From positions 1 to 38,316 of the forward strand of contig JBDTQC010000001.1 in the NCBI GenBank assembly GCA_039932405.1: 38,316 nt of DNA, written 5' to 3'. The DNA is from Ideonella sp. Its GTDB lineage: Bacteria > Pseudomonadota > Gammaproteobacteria > Burkholderiales > Burkholderiaceae_C. Position numbers and translations under genes: made by a program. Under the pieces are notes generated by a model that was given only the letters and a program-made list of their open reading frames with translations, was not told the origin of the DNA and ran no database searches. Shown in pieces: positions 20,301-28,526 of this stretch; the stretch's first letter is position 1; each line of letters starts with the position of its first letter.

Positions 20301-20985
20301 GGCCGGCGCAGAGATCGCTGATGCGCGCCACGATCAGCGGGCTCGGCGTCTTGATGTTGGCAAGGGTCAATTGTTCGAAGGCGCTCAGACTGCGTTCATC
20401 GACCGGCCGCGGCACAACCGCGGGATCGATGGCGATCTCCCGCCAATGCCAGGCTCGCTGCCACAGGTCGGCAGGATGCACACGTTCGGCACCAGCCGTT
20501 TCGAGCAGGACCCGCATCTGCGGGAACATCCACAGTGCAGGCACCGGTTGGCCACTCAATTCGCGACCCAGGTAGTCGACCACCGCGAAGGATGCCTGCT
20601 CGATGTGTTCGACCAGCGCTGCGTCGAGCCGTATCGGCTTGTCGAGCGCCCAGCGCAGCGCCGCCTCGCTGGCCGAAAGCACCTTGGTGGCCGCCGTGGC
20701 GCCGATCACGGTGGTGGCACCGACAGCCTGATGGATCAGCGAACGCGCCTGGCGCAGGCTGCCCAACTCGCGTGCCGAGACGTCCGAGCCGGCATGCGAT
20801 TCACTTTCGCGCAAATACCGGCGCAGCAATTTCTGCGCTGACGCCAAGGTAGTTCGCAATTCGCCATGCACCCAGGCCAGTGAACTCGGATCGTCGATTC
20901 GACCGGCCATCGGCGCGGCCGCTTCAGCGGGATCCGAAATTGCCATGTCGCCGGGTTGGAGGTGGGACTGAACGGGAAGGTTCAT
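14287..20985 (-). CDS. chpA: ChpA-like hybrid histidine kinase (multiple Hpt, HATPase, CheW and REC domains) of the Pil-Chp system
   Basis: Hpt motifs FHTLKGSARM and LHTFKGGARL, EHLLRNAVIHG, DDGAG, FST..SGRGVGLDVV, a CheW domain, and a C-terminal REC domain (VVDDS, SDIEMPRMDG). Follows pilGHIJ. Confidence 0.92.
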   Translation of the reverse strand: MNLPVQSHLQPGDMAISDPAEAAAPMAGRIDDPSSLAWVHGELRTTLASAQKLLRRYLRESESHAGSDVSARELGSLRQARSLIHQAVGATTVIGATAATKVLSASEAALRWALDKPIRLDAALVEHIEQASFAVVDYLGRELSGQPVPALWMFPQMRVLLETAGAERVHPADLWQRAWHWREIAIDPAVVPRPVDERSLSAFEQLTLANIKTPSPLIVARISDLCAGLALASSGSDERLIHTVWQLAAAVFEALAKDLLQADVFSKRLASRLLSLLRGLLRGQEGNQASLQLLAHDLLFFCAQSVSPDAARPAPRLVAVRNAYALADEQKIDYLRSPLGSFDPALVVQARKRVASAKTVWSSIAGGEVHHLPALGETFSLVADSLRRLFPEGALLADQLEHCAAQARGDGEVPTVGLAMEVATALLYVEAALEESEFATPDPVRPIARLADRIANLRAGGRAQPLEAWIEDLYGRVADRQTLGTVVQELRVSMAAAEQLLDRYFRDQSDVAALRPVPAILQSMRGVLAVLGVEHAASALQHMRSQTEALLGATPLQPTPEELQQLAGNVGALGFLFDMLAVQPALAKAMFRFDIESGRLLTATDASPAAPAAPNEAVDPVAVPLPVLDDALAAGAATTHEATDRLAVPESIESRVINAGEPFEPLLPEPEPEPEPEPDTWSAADPELAAIFTEEAAELLQAARADLQVWRDHAVDPSGAGDAATLTALRRCFHTLKGSARMVDRFDIGELAWDAEQRYNARLADEPAELDDESDAGLRDWSSRLLDRIDNMMARGQAAAAPEPAHKGTTDTGVPDVGPFETTAPLLDLELDQGFTDEVDLDITVPGELDFDLSWADSLRQPVAAMPVDAVIEAIADPELEPDESFVASGSAEGLAQPLGLPPDLPSAADLDLHFDSAAPPASSGSLFWNDSVKPVPSSAQPARVSSEITVEDIGRSRLQPPTPPGEDLSFLTLDLSDGPADDVPLGFNDDLFARGLPDLSIDSGLLFAEPDLPLEPVAVPAVSEIDPAEDPGVLDLFDGFDAPASAPPPPPPLAQTPIDVPAAVDFVDLALDAPAFFEAEPLPPVEPDFSAAAIAFEVTDWPVPEQAAAPDEDIAAALPAIDDQPAAADGTAFEAEPAVANEWPSFAPAEPLVEQLAHVDPDQNADSFNNNWQPVEPVPELDHDSPVEAFTNPPVDTGWTAPLPQSAVSAAQSTAGDFWNPEPWSASAPEFIANPPFQQAAPPAWGNFESFAGADQLPAVEPNAPWIEEVKAVGTLQVPISLFNTFLGEADESSRLLCTELAEWAMDSSSPVPESAIGRAQELAAGSATVGFTELSDLARQLKAALLREQTLGLGGAVCDPEDGRLFSDVAEDTRLLLHQFAAGFLKSPAPELLQRLRDHEQICEQRRVVFEPPPATAQPQPSADLPAPAADWLADIDFEDRVDGELFPIFEEEAQDLLPQLASALREWAQQPDQRDGADAAMRHLHTFKGGARLTGAMRLGEIAHRLESRIEELTAGFALPQRSEIDALLNGSDAMQRAFEGLRDKGVAAYPATEARPIERSMAPALEPVALSSELVDVSIDRVAEPLAPMLERPVGTTDSFGIDWARFQRPAPAAPAAARVSVASQQASVRIRSSLLERMVNQAGEVNMSRARIDVEMGQVRGAIGELGANVDRLRQQLHDIELQAEMQMSSRNESARAASAAFDPLEIDRFTRLQELARMMTESVNDVATVHRSLKRNLQRTEDELAAQTRLTRDLQSDLLRTRMVEFDTLAERLHRVVRQAAAESGKLVELQISDGKIELDRSVLDRLTPAFEHLLRNAVIHGLELPDTRLAAGKPATGHLQVRLHQQGNEVSIEVVDDGAGLDIERIRGRARELGEPVIDGQESELIFNPGFSTAKRLTESSGRGVGLDVVRNELLAIDGQIEVSSSAGQGCLFSMRLPLTTATTQVLMLRCGDLSVAVPATLVERVRRVSEDELAQAQAVGSFVDGEHRMPFFWLGALLLSSSGSTEPFGRTRPLVVVHSGKNRLALQVDEVLGQQEAVVKNLGPQLSRLPGLAGMSMLASGAVALIYNPVALAAEYADSARGLALRPGPLLPLDGISERPPLILVVDDSLTVRRVTQRLLLREGFRVELAKDGIEALEQIAQDMPQLVLSDIEMPRMDGYELVEKLRANQLTADLPVVMITSRIADKHRVHAESLGVACYLGKPYGEAELLGAVRDCLQRVSVA
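18951..18985 (-). repeat. Hexamer tandem repeat encoding a (Pro-Glu)n linker in ChpA
   Basis: ggctcg/ggctca repeats encode PEPEPEPEPEP. Confidence 0.8.
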
Positions 20986-20991
20986 GCTGGA

Positions 20992-23337
20992 TCAGACGAT
21001 CTTGAAGCGCGCAACCGATTGGCGCAACTCGTCGGCTGTCTGCGACAACTCGCGGACCATGCGCGCGGTCGAGCGCGTCCCTTCGCCAGTCTGCTCGGTC
21101 ACGGCCAGAATGTGCTGAATATTGGTGGCCACCACGTTGGCAGTATCGGCCTCTTGCAATGCCTGAGTCGAAATCCCTTCGATCAGTTCGGACAAGCGAC
21201 GCGAGACGCCATCGATATCCGACAGCGCAGCCCCTGCCGCATCCGACAACCGCGTGCCCTCGACCACGCCCTGAGTCGAACGCTCCATCGCCGCCACCGC
21301 ATCCTGGGTATCGACCTGGATGGTGCGCACCAGCGCGGCAATCTGCCGCGTGGCATCGGCCGAACGCTCGGCCAGACGCTGCACCTCTTCAGCAACCACC
21401 GAGAAACCTCGGCCGGCCTCACCGGCAGACGCGGCCTGGATCGCTGCGTTCAAGGCCAGCACGTTGGTCTGCTCGGTGATGTCGGAGATGAGTTCGGTGA
21501 TTTCGCCGATCTCCTGCGACGACTCGCCGAGCCGCTTGATGCGCTTGGACGTATCCTGGATCTGGTCGCGGATCACGTGCATGCCGCCGATCGTCGCCTG
21601 CACCGAAGTCGATCCGCGATCGCCCGCAGCCCGTGACTGCTGGGCCACATGCGACATCAGCTGCGCCTGCGCCGACACCTGGACGATCCGCCCGGCCATC
21701 TGCAGTACGGCCTCGCCGGTATCACGGATTTCCCGCAGCTGCTCGGCCGATGCGGCCAGCAACTCGACCGAAGTCGTCTCGACCTGTCCGGTGGTATCGG
21801 TCACGCGCGCCGCGGTGCCCTGCACCTGCGCCACCAACGAGCGCAACTCCTCGACCGTGTAGTTCACCGAATCGGCAATCGCACCGGTGATGTCTTCGGT
21901 AACCGTGGCCTGCTGGGTCAAGTCACCTTCCGCAACCGCCTGCAATTCGTTCATCAGGCGCAGGATCGCGGTCTGGTTGGCGTCATTGCTGCGCCTGGCT
22001 TCCGATTGCAGTCGCTGCGCGACGATGCGTTGCGAATCGGCCAGTGCGGCTCGTTGGTGCTGTCGGACCACGAACAAGCGCAGCCAGCCCAGACCGCCCA
22101 ACAGCAGGAGTACCGCGCAGGCAGCCATCGCATAGAGCGGCCAGACGCGATCCGAGCCACCCGCCAGTTGCCCCGCAATCGTTTCGAGCTGCGGACCGAG
22201 CGCTTCGCTGTCGGCCAGGATGGCAGATTGCGCGACGCGCGCGGCCGACAGCGCCTGCAACTTGTTCAACAGCGACGACGCCGGGTCCTGCAGCAGCTCG
22301 AACTGCTTCAACAACGCCGCCAGCCGTTCCTGCTGCAATCGGTCACGCGGTGCGGACAGGCGCAGTTCAGCGCTGCCAGTGATCAGAGCCTCCAGCAAGG
22401 CACGGAAAACACTCAAGTCCTTGCCGAGTGTCACCAGCCGATCACGGTTCACACCCTTGGCAGTCAGCAAACGGCTGACGCCATAGGGAATGCGCTGGCT
22501 CAGCATCATCAATTGGCCAACTGCCGCCAGCTCGGCAGCCGCTGCGCCTTGCTGAAGTTTCAGGGCAGAGACACCCTCGACGCCTTCCTGCAGCACCATG
22601 GCCTGGCGCTCGATGGCCAGCATCAGATCGGCAGACTGCACCAGCGAGGCGCGCTGTGCAAGAAGTGTCGCGACATTGGCCTGCATCGCCTGCGTGCGCG
22701 ACAAGGCCGCTTTCAGCACCGGCGATTCGGTCTCACCGTGCGCAGCGAAGGCGGCGATCAGTCCGTCCATCGCGCGATCCAGTGACTTCGCACTCCCTTG
22801 CAATTGATCGAGCGCGGCCGTGTTGCCGTCCGTCGATTGCGAAGCCGCCTTGGCCAGGCGCTGCGTGTGCAGCTGCGCCTGCGCGCTGACAGCGGCCGCC
22901 GAAGGCGAACGCTGCCACTGCACCGCATCCAGGATCAACAAGCCGACCAACCCGACCGCGCCAAGCACGACCAGCGCGGTCAGCAAACGCTGCTGCATCG
23001 CAGCTGACCAGCCGCCGATCAACGGCAGCCGGCTGGCTTCGCCCCGAACCGTTTGCGCATCAGCCTCTTCGTCGACATCGATCGAGGCGTCGTCGTACGC
23101 TTTCGCCAGACCGGACGACGCATCGGCAGTGACCCTGGCCGGCTTCAAGCGGCGGCCTTGCGGCCGCTTGATCGGGTCGATGGGCCCAGGGGTGGTCGGT
23201 TCGTGCGTCTCGGTATCACCGGCCGTGATGTCCAGGCGGGTACCGCGCAACGCAGGCGCCGCACTGTTCACGCCGGGGCGCGCATCGGTCGGATCGGACG
23301 AACTCATGTCGGTGGCTGCAATACGTTCTCCCTGCAT
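20992..23337 (-). CDS. pilJ: PilJ-like methyl-accepting chemotaxis protein
   Basis: Two TM segments, [62 protein letters not shown]. Start uncertain (23337 or 23307). Confidence 0.93.
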   Translation of the reverse strand: MQGERIAATDMSSSDPTDARPGVNSAAPALRGTRLDITAGDTETHEPTTPGPIDPIKRPQGRRLKPARVTADASSGLAKAYDDASIDVDEEADAQTVRGEASRLPLIGGWSAAMQQRLLTALVVLGAVGLVGLLILDAVQWQRSPSAAAVSAQAQLHTQRLAKAASQSTDGNTAALDQLQGSAKSLDRAMDGLIAAFAAHGETESPVLKAALSRTQAMQANVATLLAQRASLVQSADLMLAIERQAMVLQEGVEGVSALKLQQGAAAAELAAVGQLMMLSQRIPYGVSRLLTAKGVNRDRLVTLGKDLSVFRALLEALITGSAELRLSAPRDRLQQERLAALLKQFELLQDPASSLLNKLQALSAARVAQSAILADSEALGPQLETIAGQLAGGSDRVWPLYAMAACAVLLLLGGLGWLRLFVVRQHQRAALADSQRIVAQRLQSEARRSNDANQTAILRLMNELQAVAEGDLTQQATVTEDITGAIADSVNYTVEELRSLVAQVQGTAARVTDTTGQVETTSVELLAASAEQLREIRDTGEAVLQMAGRIVQVSAQAQLMSHVAQQSRAAGDRGSTSVQATIGGMHVIRDQIQDTSKRIKRLGESSQEIGEITELISDITEQTNVLALNAAIQAASAGEAGRGFSVVAEEVQRLAERSADATRQIAALVRTIQVDTQDAVAAMERSTQGVVEGTRLSDAAGAALSDIDGVSRRLSELIEGISTQALQEADTANVVATNIQHILAVTEQTGEGTRSTARMVRELSQTADELRQSVARFKIV

Positions 23338-23391
23338 GCGGGATATCGGGCGACGGATGTGTTTACCTGAGAACGCATCAGTAAGCGAACG

Positions 23392-23940
23392 CTACGGCCG
23401 CGCGAGAATGTCGAGAAAATGGGCGTCCGACGCCAATTCGGCCAGGCTGATCTCCTGCCAGATCCGCACCGGGTCTGCGACTTCCCGATAACGAAGGCCG
23501 GCGAAGCGCGGCATTGCGGGCCGCTGCGGCGCGAAGGCGTCGGCGTCAACCGCAACCATTTCGTCCTCTCTTCTGAGACCGGCCAATTGATCGACGCGCA
23601 GCGCGCAATTCGCCTCCAGGCGAGAGTTCAGTGCAATCATCCAACCGGCGACTGGCGGCGCGCCGGCCAATGGCACCAAACCCAGAAAGCCTGGCAGATC
23701 GACCACGCCGTGCAACTGACCGCGAAGATTGGCAACGCCAAGAAACCACGAGCGGGTGTGCGGTACATCGATGCAGCTGGTGAATGGCGATATCTCACCG
23801 GCCTCGGCGAGCGGCAGCAGCAGGCCGCAACCGGAACACTCGACGGCCAGCCAGCTGCGCTCGCGCAGCTCCTTTTTTGTCAGGGACGACGGATCGAACG
23901 AGCCCAAAGGCGCTGCAGCTGGGGATCCCGGGTTGGCCAT
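23392..23940 (-). CDS. pilI: PilI-like CheW adaptor
   Basis: VPHTRSWFLGVANLRGQLHGVVDL. Between pilH and pilJ. Confidence 0.9.
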   Translation of the reverse strand: MANPGSPAAAPLGSFDPSSLTKKELRERSWLAVECSGCGLLLPLAEAGEISPFTSCIDVPHTRSWFLGVANLRGQLHGVVDLPGFLGLVPLAGAPPVAGWMIALNSRLEANCALRVDQLAGLRREDEMVAVDADAFAPQRPAMPRFAGLRYREVADPVRIWQEISLAELASDAHFLDILARP

Positions 23941-23964
23941 CGGCAGGTTCGAGTGAAGGCCGCT

Positions 23965-24330
23965 TCAGCCGCAGCGACGGATCTTCGCCACCAGATCGGC
24001 GACATTGACCGGTTTGACGACGTAATCGATCGCACCCTGACGCAAACCCCAAAGTCGATCAGTCTCCTGATGCTTGCTGGTGCACATGATGACTGGCAAG
24101 CCGGCATAACGCGGGTCGCGTGTGATGCGTCGCGTCAACTGGAAACCGTTTTGCCCGGGCATGACGACATCCATCAAGACCAGATCGGGCCGGTTTTCGT
24201 CGAGCTCGCGCAGCGCGTCATCGCCGTTGTCGGCCGTGCTGACCCGAAAGCCGTGCTGCCCAAGCAGTTCGCTCAGGTGGTGCAACTGGGTTCTGGAATC
24301 GTCGACGAGCAGGATCTTCTCGATCGCCAT
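23965..24330 (-). CDS. pilH: PilH-like single-domain response regulator
   Basis: ILLVDDS, LMDVVMPGQNGFQLTR, CTSK.QETDRLWGLRQGA.DYVVKP. Confidence 0.92.
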   Translation of the reverse strand: MAIEKILLVDDSRTQLHHLSELLGQHGFRVSTADNGDDALRELDENRPDLVLMDVVMPGQNGFQLTRRITRDPRYAGLPVIMCTSKHQETDRLWGLRQGAIDYVVKPVNVADLVAKIRRCG

Positions 24331-24779
24331 CACGAATCCTGCATGTCGCTGCGCTGCGCGGCCGGGCAATAAGTCTGCACTGCCTGCAACAGCTGTTCCT
24401 TGGTGAACGGCTTGGTCAGGTAGTCCTGCGAACCGACCAGGCGACCCCGCGCCTTGTCGAACAAGCCATCCTTGGACGACAACATGATGACCGGCAGGTC
24501 GACGAAGCGCGGATTGCGCTTGATGATGGCGCAGGTCTGATAACCGTCGAGGCGCGGCATCAGGATGTCGCAGAAGACCAGGTCAGGGCCATGGTCGATC
24601 AGCTTGCCCAGGGCATCGAAACCATCCTCGGCGAGCAACACTTCGTGGCCAGCCTGTTTCAGGAAAATTTCGGCGCTGCGACGGATCGTATTGCTGTCGT
24701 CGATCACCAGCACCTTCACGCCACCACCGGCCGCCGGGGGATCCTGGCTGGTTGTCGCTTCGTCCGCTGGGAGGTTCAT
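24330..24779 (-). CDS. pilG: PilG-like single-domain response regulator
   Basis: VIDDSNTIRRSAE, DILMPRLDGYQTCAIIK, MLSSKDGLFDKARGR. AGGA RBS upstream. Confidence 0.94.
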   Translation of the reverse strand: MNLPADEATTSQDPPAAGGGVKVLVIDDSNTIRRSAEIFLKQAGHEVLLAEDGFDALGKLIDHGPDLVFCDILMPRLDGYQTCAIIKRNPRFVDLPVIMLSSKDGLFDKARGRLVGSQDYLTKPFTKEQLLQAVQTYCPAAQRSDMQDS

Positions 24780-24836
24780 GCTGGCATTCCTACGAAAGAC
24801 CACACCGGCCGGCGCGCGATGCCAGCGCGAAAGGTG

Positions 24837-25010
24837 TCAGATTTCGACCATCTCGAAGTCTTCCTTGCGCGCTCCACACTCAGGGCAGGTCCAGTTCATC
24901 GGTATATCGGCCCATACCGTGCCCGGGTTGATACCGTGCTCCGGGTCTCCAGCGGCTTCGTCATATATCCAGCCGCATATCAGGCACATCCAGGTTCGAG
25001 GCTCGGTCAC
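24837..25010 (-). CDS. Rubredoxin (57 aa, below the ORF-track cutoff)
   Basis: My translation from GTG 25010: MTEPRTWMCLICGWIYDEAAGDPEHGINPGTVWADIPMNWTCPECGARKEDFEMVEI*, with two CxxCG knuckles. Confidence 0.95.
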   Translation of the reverse strand: MTEPRTWMCLICGWIYDEAAGDPEHGINPGTVWADIPMNWTCPECGARKEDFEMVEI

Positions 25011-25028
25011 TTGGCGTTCTTTGCGTCA

Positions 25029-25050
25029 CTACAATGGGTCGCGATTGTAG
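25029..25050. promoter_or_regulatory. Palindromic face-to-face -10 pair CTACAAT-N8-ATTGTAG
   Basis: Perfect 7-bp inverted repeat giving TACAAT on each strand, between the divergent rubredoxin and ThiD-like genes. Confidence 0.6.
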
Positions 25051-25170
25051 CGATGCCCCTCGGGGCGAAACCTGATCCTGATCGACACCCGCACAACAGT
25101 ACCCACATTTCCTACCAGCCTCGGTCGCCGTCGCCGCTTGCCACTGCTGTTTAACCGGACGCCGCAGCCA

Positions 25171-26118
25171 ATGAGCTCAGAAAGCCCCTCCCCCGCCAGC
25201 GACGCTGCCGACGATCTCCTGCAGGAGTCGCCGCCACCGGCCTGTGTCCTCAGTTTCAATGCCAGCGATCCAAGTGGAGCCGGCGGCGTCGCCGGCGATG
25301 TCGTCACGGTTTCGGCAATGGGTGCGCATGCGCTGCCCGTCGTCACGGCGCTGGTGATTCGCGACACCGCCGAGATCTTCGACCATCATGCGATCGACCC
25401 GGACATCGTCGTCGAGCAAGCGCGCAGCATCCTCGAGGACGTGACGATCACGGCCTGGAAGGTCGGCTTCCTCGGCACCGCCGAATGCGTCAGTGCGGTG
25501 GCCGAAGTGCTGAGCGACTACCCCGACGTTCCGCTCGTTGCCTACATGCCGAACCTGTCATGGGTCGAGGAAGATTCGCAGCAGGCCTACCTCGATGCAT
25601 TTCGTGAACTGGTGCTGCCGCAAACCGAAGTGCTGGTCGGCAATCACCAGACCCTGACTGATTTTCTGCTACCCGATTGGGACAACGAGCGGCCGGCTTC
25701 GCCGCGCGAACTGGCAGTCGCGGCCGGTGAACACGGAACTCGTTTCGTGCTCGTGACCAGCGTGCTGGTCTCAAGTTCGAAGTCGCCCGACCAGTATCTG
25801 GACAATGTGCTGGCGTCACCGCAAGGCGCCATCACCGGCGAAAAGTTCGAACGCTTCGATGTCAGCTTTGTCGGGGCCGGCGATACCTTGTCGGCCGCGC
25901 TGGCGGCCCTGCTGGCATCCGGCGCTGAACTGCAACCGGCGGTTGGCGAAGCCCTGACTTTTCTCGACCAGGCGCTGGACGCCGGATTTCGGCCCGGCAT
26001 GGGCAATGTGGTCCCGGATCGCTTTTTCTGGGCCCTGCCACCAGGCGATGATGAAGAAGGCTCGCCAGACGAACCGAGCGACGGCGACTCCCCCCACGGC
26101 TCGCGCCAGATTCACTGA
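25171..26118 (+). CDS. ThiD-like (HMP/HMP-P kinase, ribokinase superfamily) protein, divergent
   Basis: SDPSGAGGVAGD, WKVGFLG, GAGDTLSAALAALLA. Several canonical ThiD motifs are altered. Confidence 0.8.
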   Translation: MSSESPSPASDAADDLLQESPPPACVLSFNASDPSGAGGVAGDVVTVSAMGAHALPVVTALVIRDTAEIFDHHAIDPDIVVEQARSILEDVTITAWKVGFLGTAECVSAVAEVLSDYPDVPLVAYMPNLSWVEEDSQQAYLDAFRELVLPQTEVLVGNHQTLTDFLLPDWDNERPASPRELAVAAGEHGTRFVLVTSVLVSSSKSPDQYLDNVLASPQGAITGEKFERFDVSFVGAGDTLSAALAALLASGAELQPAVGEALTFLDQALDAGFRPGMGNVVPDRFFWALPPGDDEEGSPDEPSDGDSPHGSRQIH

Positions 26119-26130
26119 TCCCGTCATTCG

Positions 26131-27417
26131 ATGAGCAATCAAGCCCTGTTCGACCGCGCCCGCCGCGTCATCCCTGGTGGCGTCAATTCGCCGGTCCGTG
26201 CCTTTCGTGCGGTCGGCGGCGTGCCGCGTTTCATTCGCAGCGCTGCCGGCGCCTACATGACTGATTCGGAAGGCCGTCGCTACATCGATTACATCGGATC
26301 CTGGGGACCGATGATTCTCGGCCATGGCCACCCGGCCGTGATCGAGGCAGTCCAGCGGGCCGTCGTTGACGGCTTGTCGTTCGGCGCACCAACCGAGCGC
26401 GAAATCGAACTGGCCGAAGAGATCATCAAGCTGGTTCCGAGCATCGAGCAGGTGCGGCTGGTCAGCTCCGGCACCGAAGCCTGCATGAGTGCGCTGCGAC
26501 TGGCCCGCGGGGCAACCGGGCGCAGCAAGTTCATCAAGTTCGAAGGCTGCTACCACGGCCATGCCGATGCCTTGCTGGTCAAGGCCGGATCGGGTCTCGC
26601 CACCTTCGGTCATCCGACCAGTGCGGGCGTTCCGGCGGAGGTCGTCCAACACACGCTGGTTCTCGAATACAACAACCTCGAGCAGATCGAGGAAGCATTT
26701 GCCATGCACGGTGACAGCATCGCCTGCGTGATGATCGAGCCGATCGCCGGCAACATGAATTTCGTCCGCGCCAGCGTGCCATTCGTGAAGTTGCTCCGCG
26801 AGCTGTGTACACGGCATGGCGCACTGCTGGTCTTCGATGAAGTGATGTCGGGGTTCCGGGTAGCGTTGGGCAGCGCCCAAAGCCTGTATGCGCAAGCCTT
26901 GCCTGGCTTTGCACCCGATATCAGCGTTTTCGGCAAGGTGATCGGCGGCGGCATGCCGCTGGCGGCATTCGGCGCATCGAGGGCGATCATGGAACAGCTG
27001 GCGCCTCAAGGGCCGGTCTACCAGGCAGGCACACTTTCCGGCAACCCGGTTGCCACCGCGTGTGGCCTCGAAACCTTGCGCCAGATCCAGCAGCCCGGTT
27101 TCTTCGACGCGCTGTCGGCGCGCACCCGCAGCCTGGTCGATGGCTTGATCGGGGCTGCCGCGCAGGCGGGCGTGCCGATGGTGGGCGACTGCCAGGGTGG
27201 CATGTTCGGCTTTTTCTTTGCGGCCAAGCTGCCGCAGAACTATGCCGACGTGATGGCCACCGACAAGGACCGATTCAACCCGTTCTTTCACGCCATGCTC
27301 GAGCGCGGCATCTATTTCGCGCCCGCCTTGTACGAGGCCGGCTTCGTCAGTGGCGCCCACAGCGCGGCCGACATTGCGGCAACGGTGCAGGCAGCCGCCG
27401 AGGCGCTGCAACGCTGA
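26131..27417 (+). CDS. hemL: Glutamate-1-semialdehyde 2,1-aminomutase
   Basis: [64 protein letters not shown]. Confidence 0.98.
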   Translation: MSNQALFDRARRVIPGGVNSPVRAFRAVGGVPRFIRSAAGAYMTDSEGRRYIDYIGSWGPMILGHGHPAVIEAVQRAVVDGLSFGAPTEREIELAEEIIKLVPSIEQVRLVSSGTEACMSALRLARGATGRSKFIKFEGCYHGHADALLVKAGSGLATFGHPTSAGVPAEVVQHTLVLEYNNLEQIEEAFAMHGDSIACVMIEPIAGNMNFVRASVPFVKLLRELCTRHGALLVFDEVMSGFRVALGSAQSLYAQALPGFAPDISVFGKVIGGGMPLAAFGASRAIMEQLAPQGPVYQAGTLSGNPVATACGLETLRQIQQPGFFDALSARTRSLVDGLIGAAAQAGVPMVGDCQGGMFGFFFAAKLPQNYADVMATDKDRFNPFFHAMLERGIYFAPALYEAGFVSGAHSAADIAATVQAAAEALQR

Positions 27418-27453
27418 GACAGCGGCGCGCCGGCGAATGCCAGCCAGCAGTCG

Positions 27454-28425
27454 ATGAACGCGACGACTGCGCCCGCGCCGGGCTGCGGCAATTGCGGCGT
27501 CGCGATGCGTGCGCTGCCGCTGGCCGGCCACTACGGCAGCACGGTCACCATCGATGTGTGTCAGGACTGCGATCTGGTCTGGTTCGACGATGTCGAAACG
27601 GCGCGCCTGTCAGGTCCCGGCCTGCTGGAGCTGATCGGCGCGATGGCTTCGGCGCAGCGCCGGCCGCACAACACGCTGAGTGCGGCGATTGCCTGCCCAC
27701 GTTGTCGCGGACCGGTGCGCGGTGTGCACAACCGATCACGCTGGGGCACCTCGATGCAACTGGCCTGCCTGAATCGACACGGCGCGTATCAAACATTCGC
27801 CCAGTTTCTGGCCGAGAAAGGTCTGACCCGACCGATGAGTTCGGCGGATCGCACGAAGCTGCTGCAACGCGACGGTGCCATTCATTGCATCAACTGCGGA
27901 GCACAGCTCGACTCCGACGCAAGACAATGTCGCTGGTGCGAATCGGTTCCGGCAGTTGTCGACGTGGCCCGGCTGGCGGCCTCGCTCGACCCGGAACAAG
28001 CACTGACGCTCCAGGCCGTGCATGCCACACCGGTTCGCAAGACCGCGCTGGCTTGCCTGGCCTGCGGTGCGGCAGTGCCGCGCGAAGCAGCCTGGTCGTG
28101 CCCGCACTGCGGAGCGACCCTGGTCACGGCCGGCCTGGCAGAAGCGCACCGACAAGTTGCTGAACTTGAACCTGCCCTGCGTGCACATGCCCGCAAGCCA
28201 GCACCCGAAGTGATCAAGCGCAGGCTGGAAGCTCAGGACGCCGGGCTGCAACGACAACGCGAGTGGGCTGCCGACATGCAGGCGCAGGCCGACGCCCAAA
28301 GCGGGCGCCTCGATGCAGACGCTCGGTTCGACTTCGCCTGGTTCGACGGTGATATTCCGTTGCGGCACCAGATCGGCTGGCTTGCCTTGGCGCTGACACT
28401 GCTCGCCATGTGGTTCTGGTGGTAA
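27454..28425 (+). CDS. Uncharacterised multi-zinc-ribbon protein (N-terminal zf-TFIIB-like) with a C-terminal TM helix
   Basis: Seven CxxC motifs plus one CxxxH, IDVCQDCDLVWFD..E motif, and C-terminal IGWLALALTLLAMWFWW. Confidence 0.8.
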   Translation: MNATTAPAPGCGNCGVAMRALPLAGHYGSTVTIDVCQDCDLVWFDDVETARLSGPGLLELIGAMASAQRRPHNTLSAAIACPRCRGPVRGVHNRSRWGTSMQLACLNRHGAYQTFAQFLAEKGLTRPMSSADRTKLLQRDGAIHCINCGAQLDSDARQCRWCESVPAVVDVARLAASLDPEQALTLQAVHATPVRKTALACLACGAAVPREAAWSCPHCGATLVTAGLAEAHRQVAELEPALRAHARKPAPEVIKRRLEAQDAGLQRQREWAADMQAQADAQSGRLDADARFDFAWFDGDIPLRHQIGWLALALTLLAMWFWW

Positions 28426-28526
28426 GCGGGCATGCCACTTGCCTGGGGCTGCTGACGATCGATCGCGAGCGCCCAGAACCGGGGTAGACGGGACGATTCA
28501 TCCCTCAACGAACCTAGAATCGTTCC

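Noticed and set aside
25055-25100. TPP-riboswitch-like words (GGGG, AACCTGATC) upstream of the ThiD-like gene
   Set aside because: The conserved CTGAGA element and the P5/closing-stem sequences are not visible. An Rfam TPP covariance-model search would settle it, and I expect no hit.
25816-27531. 571-aa minus-strand ORF opposite hemL, and similar long antisense ORFs (10301-11737, 12795-14162, 18487-19833, 35098-36339)
   Set aside because: Codon-bias shadows of well-supported genes with no recognisable domains.
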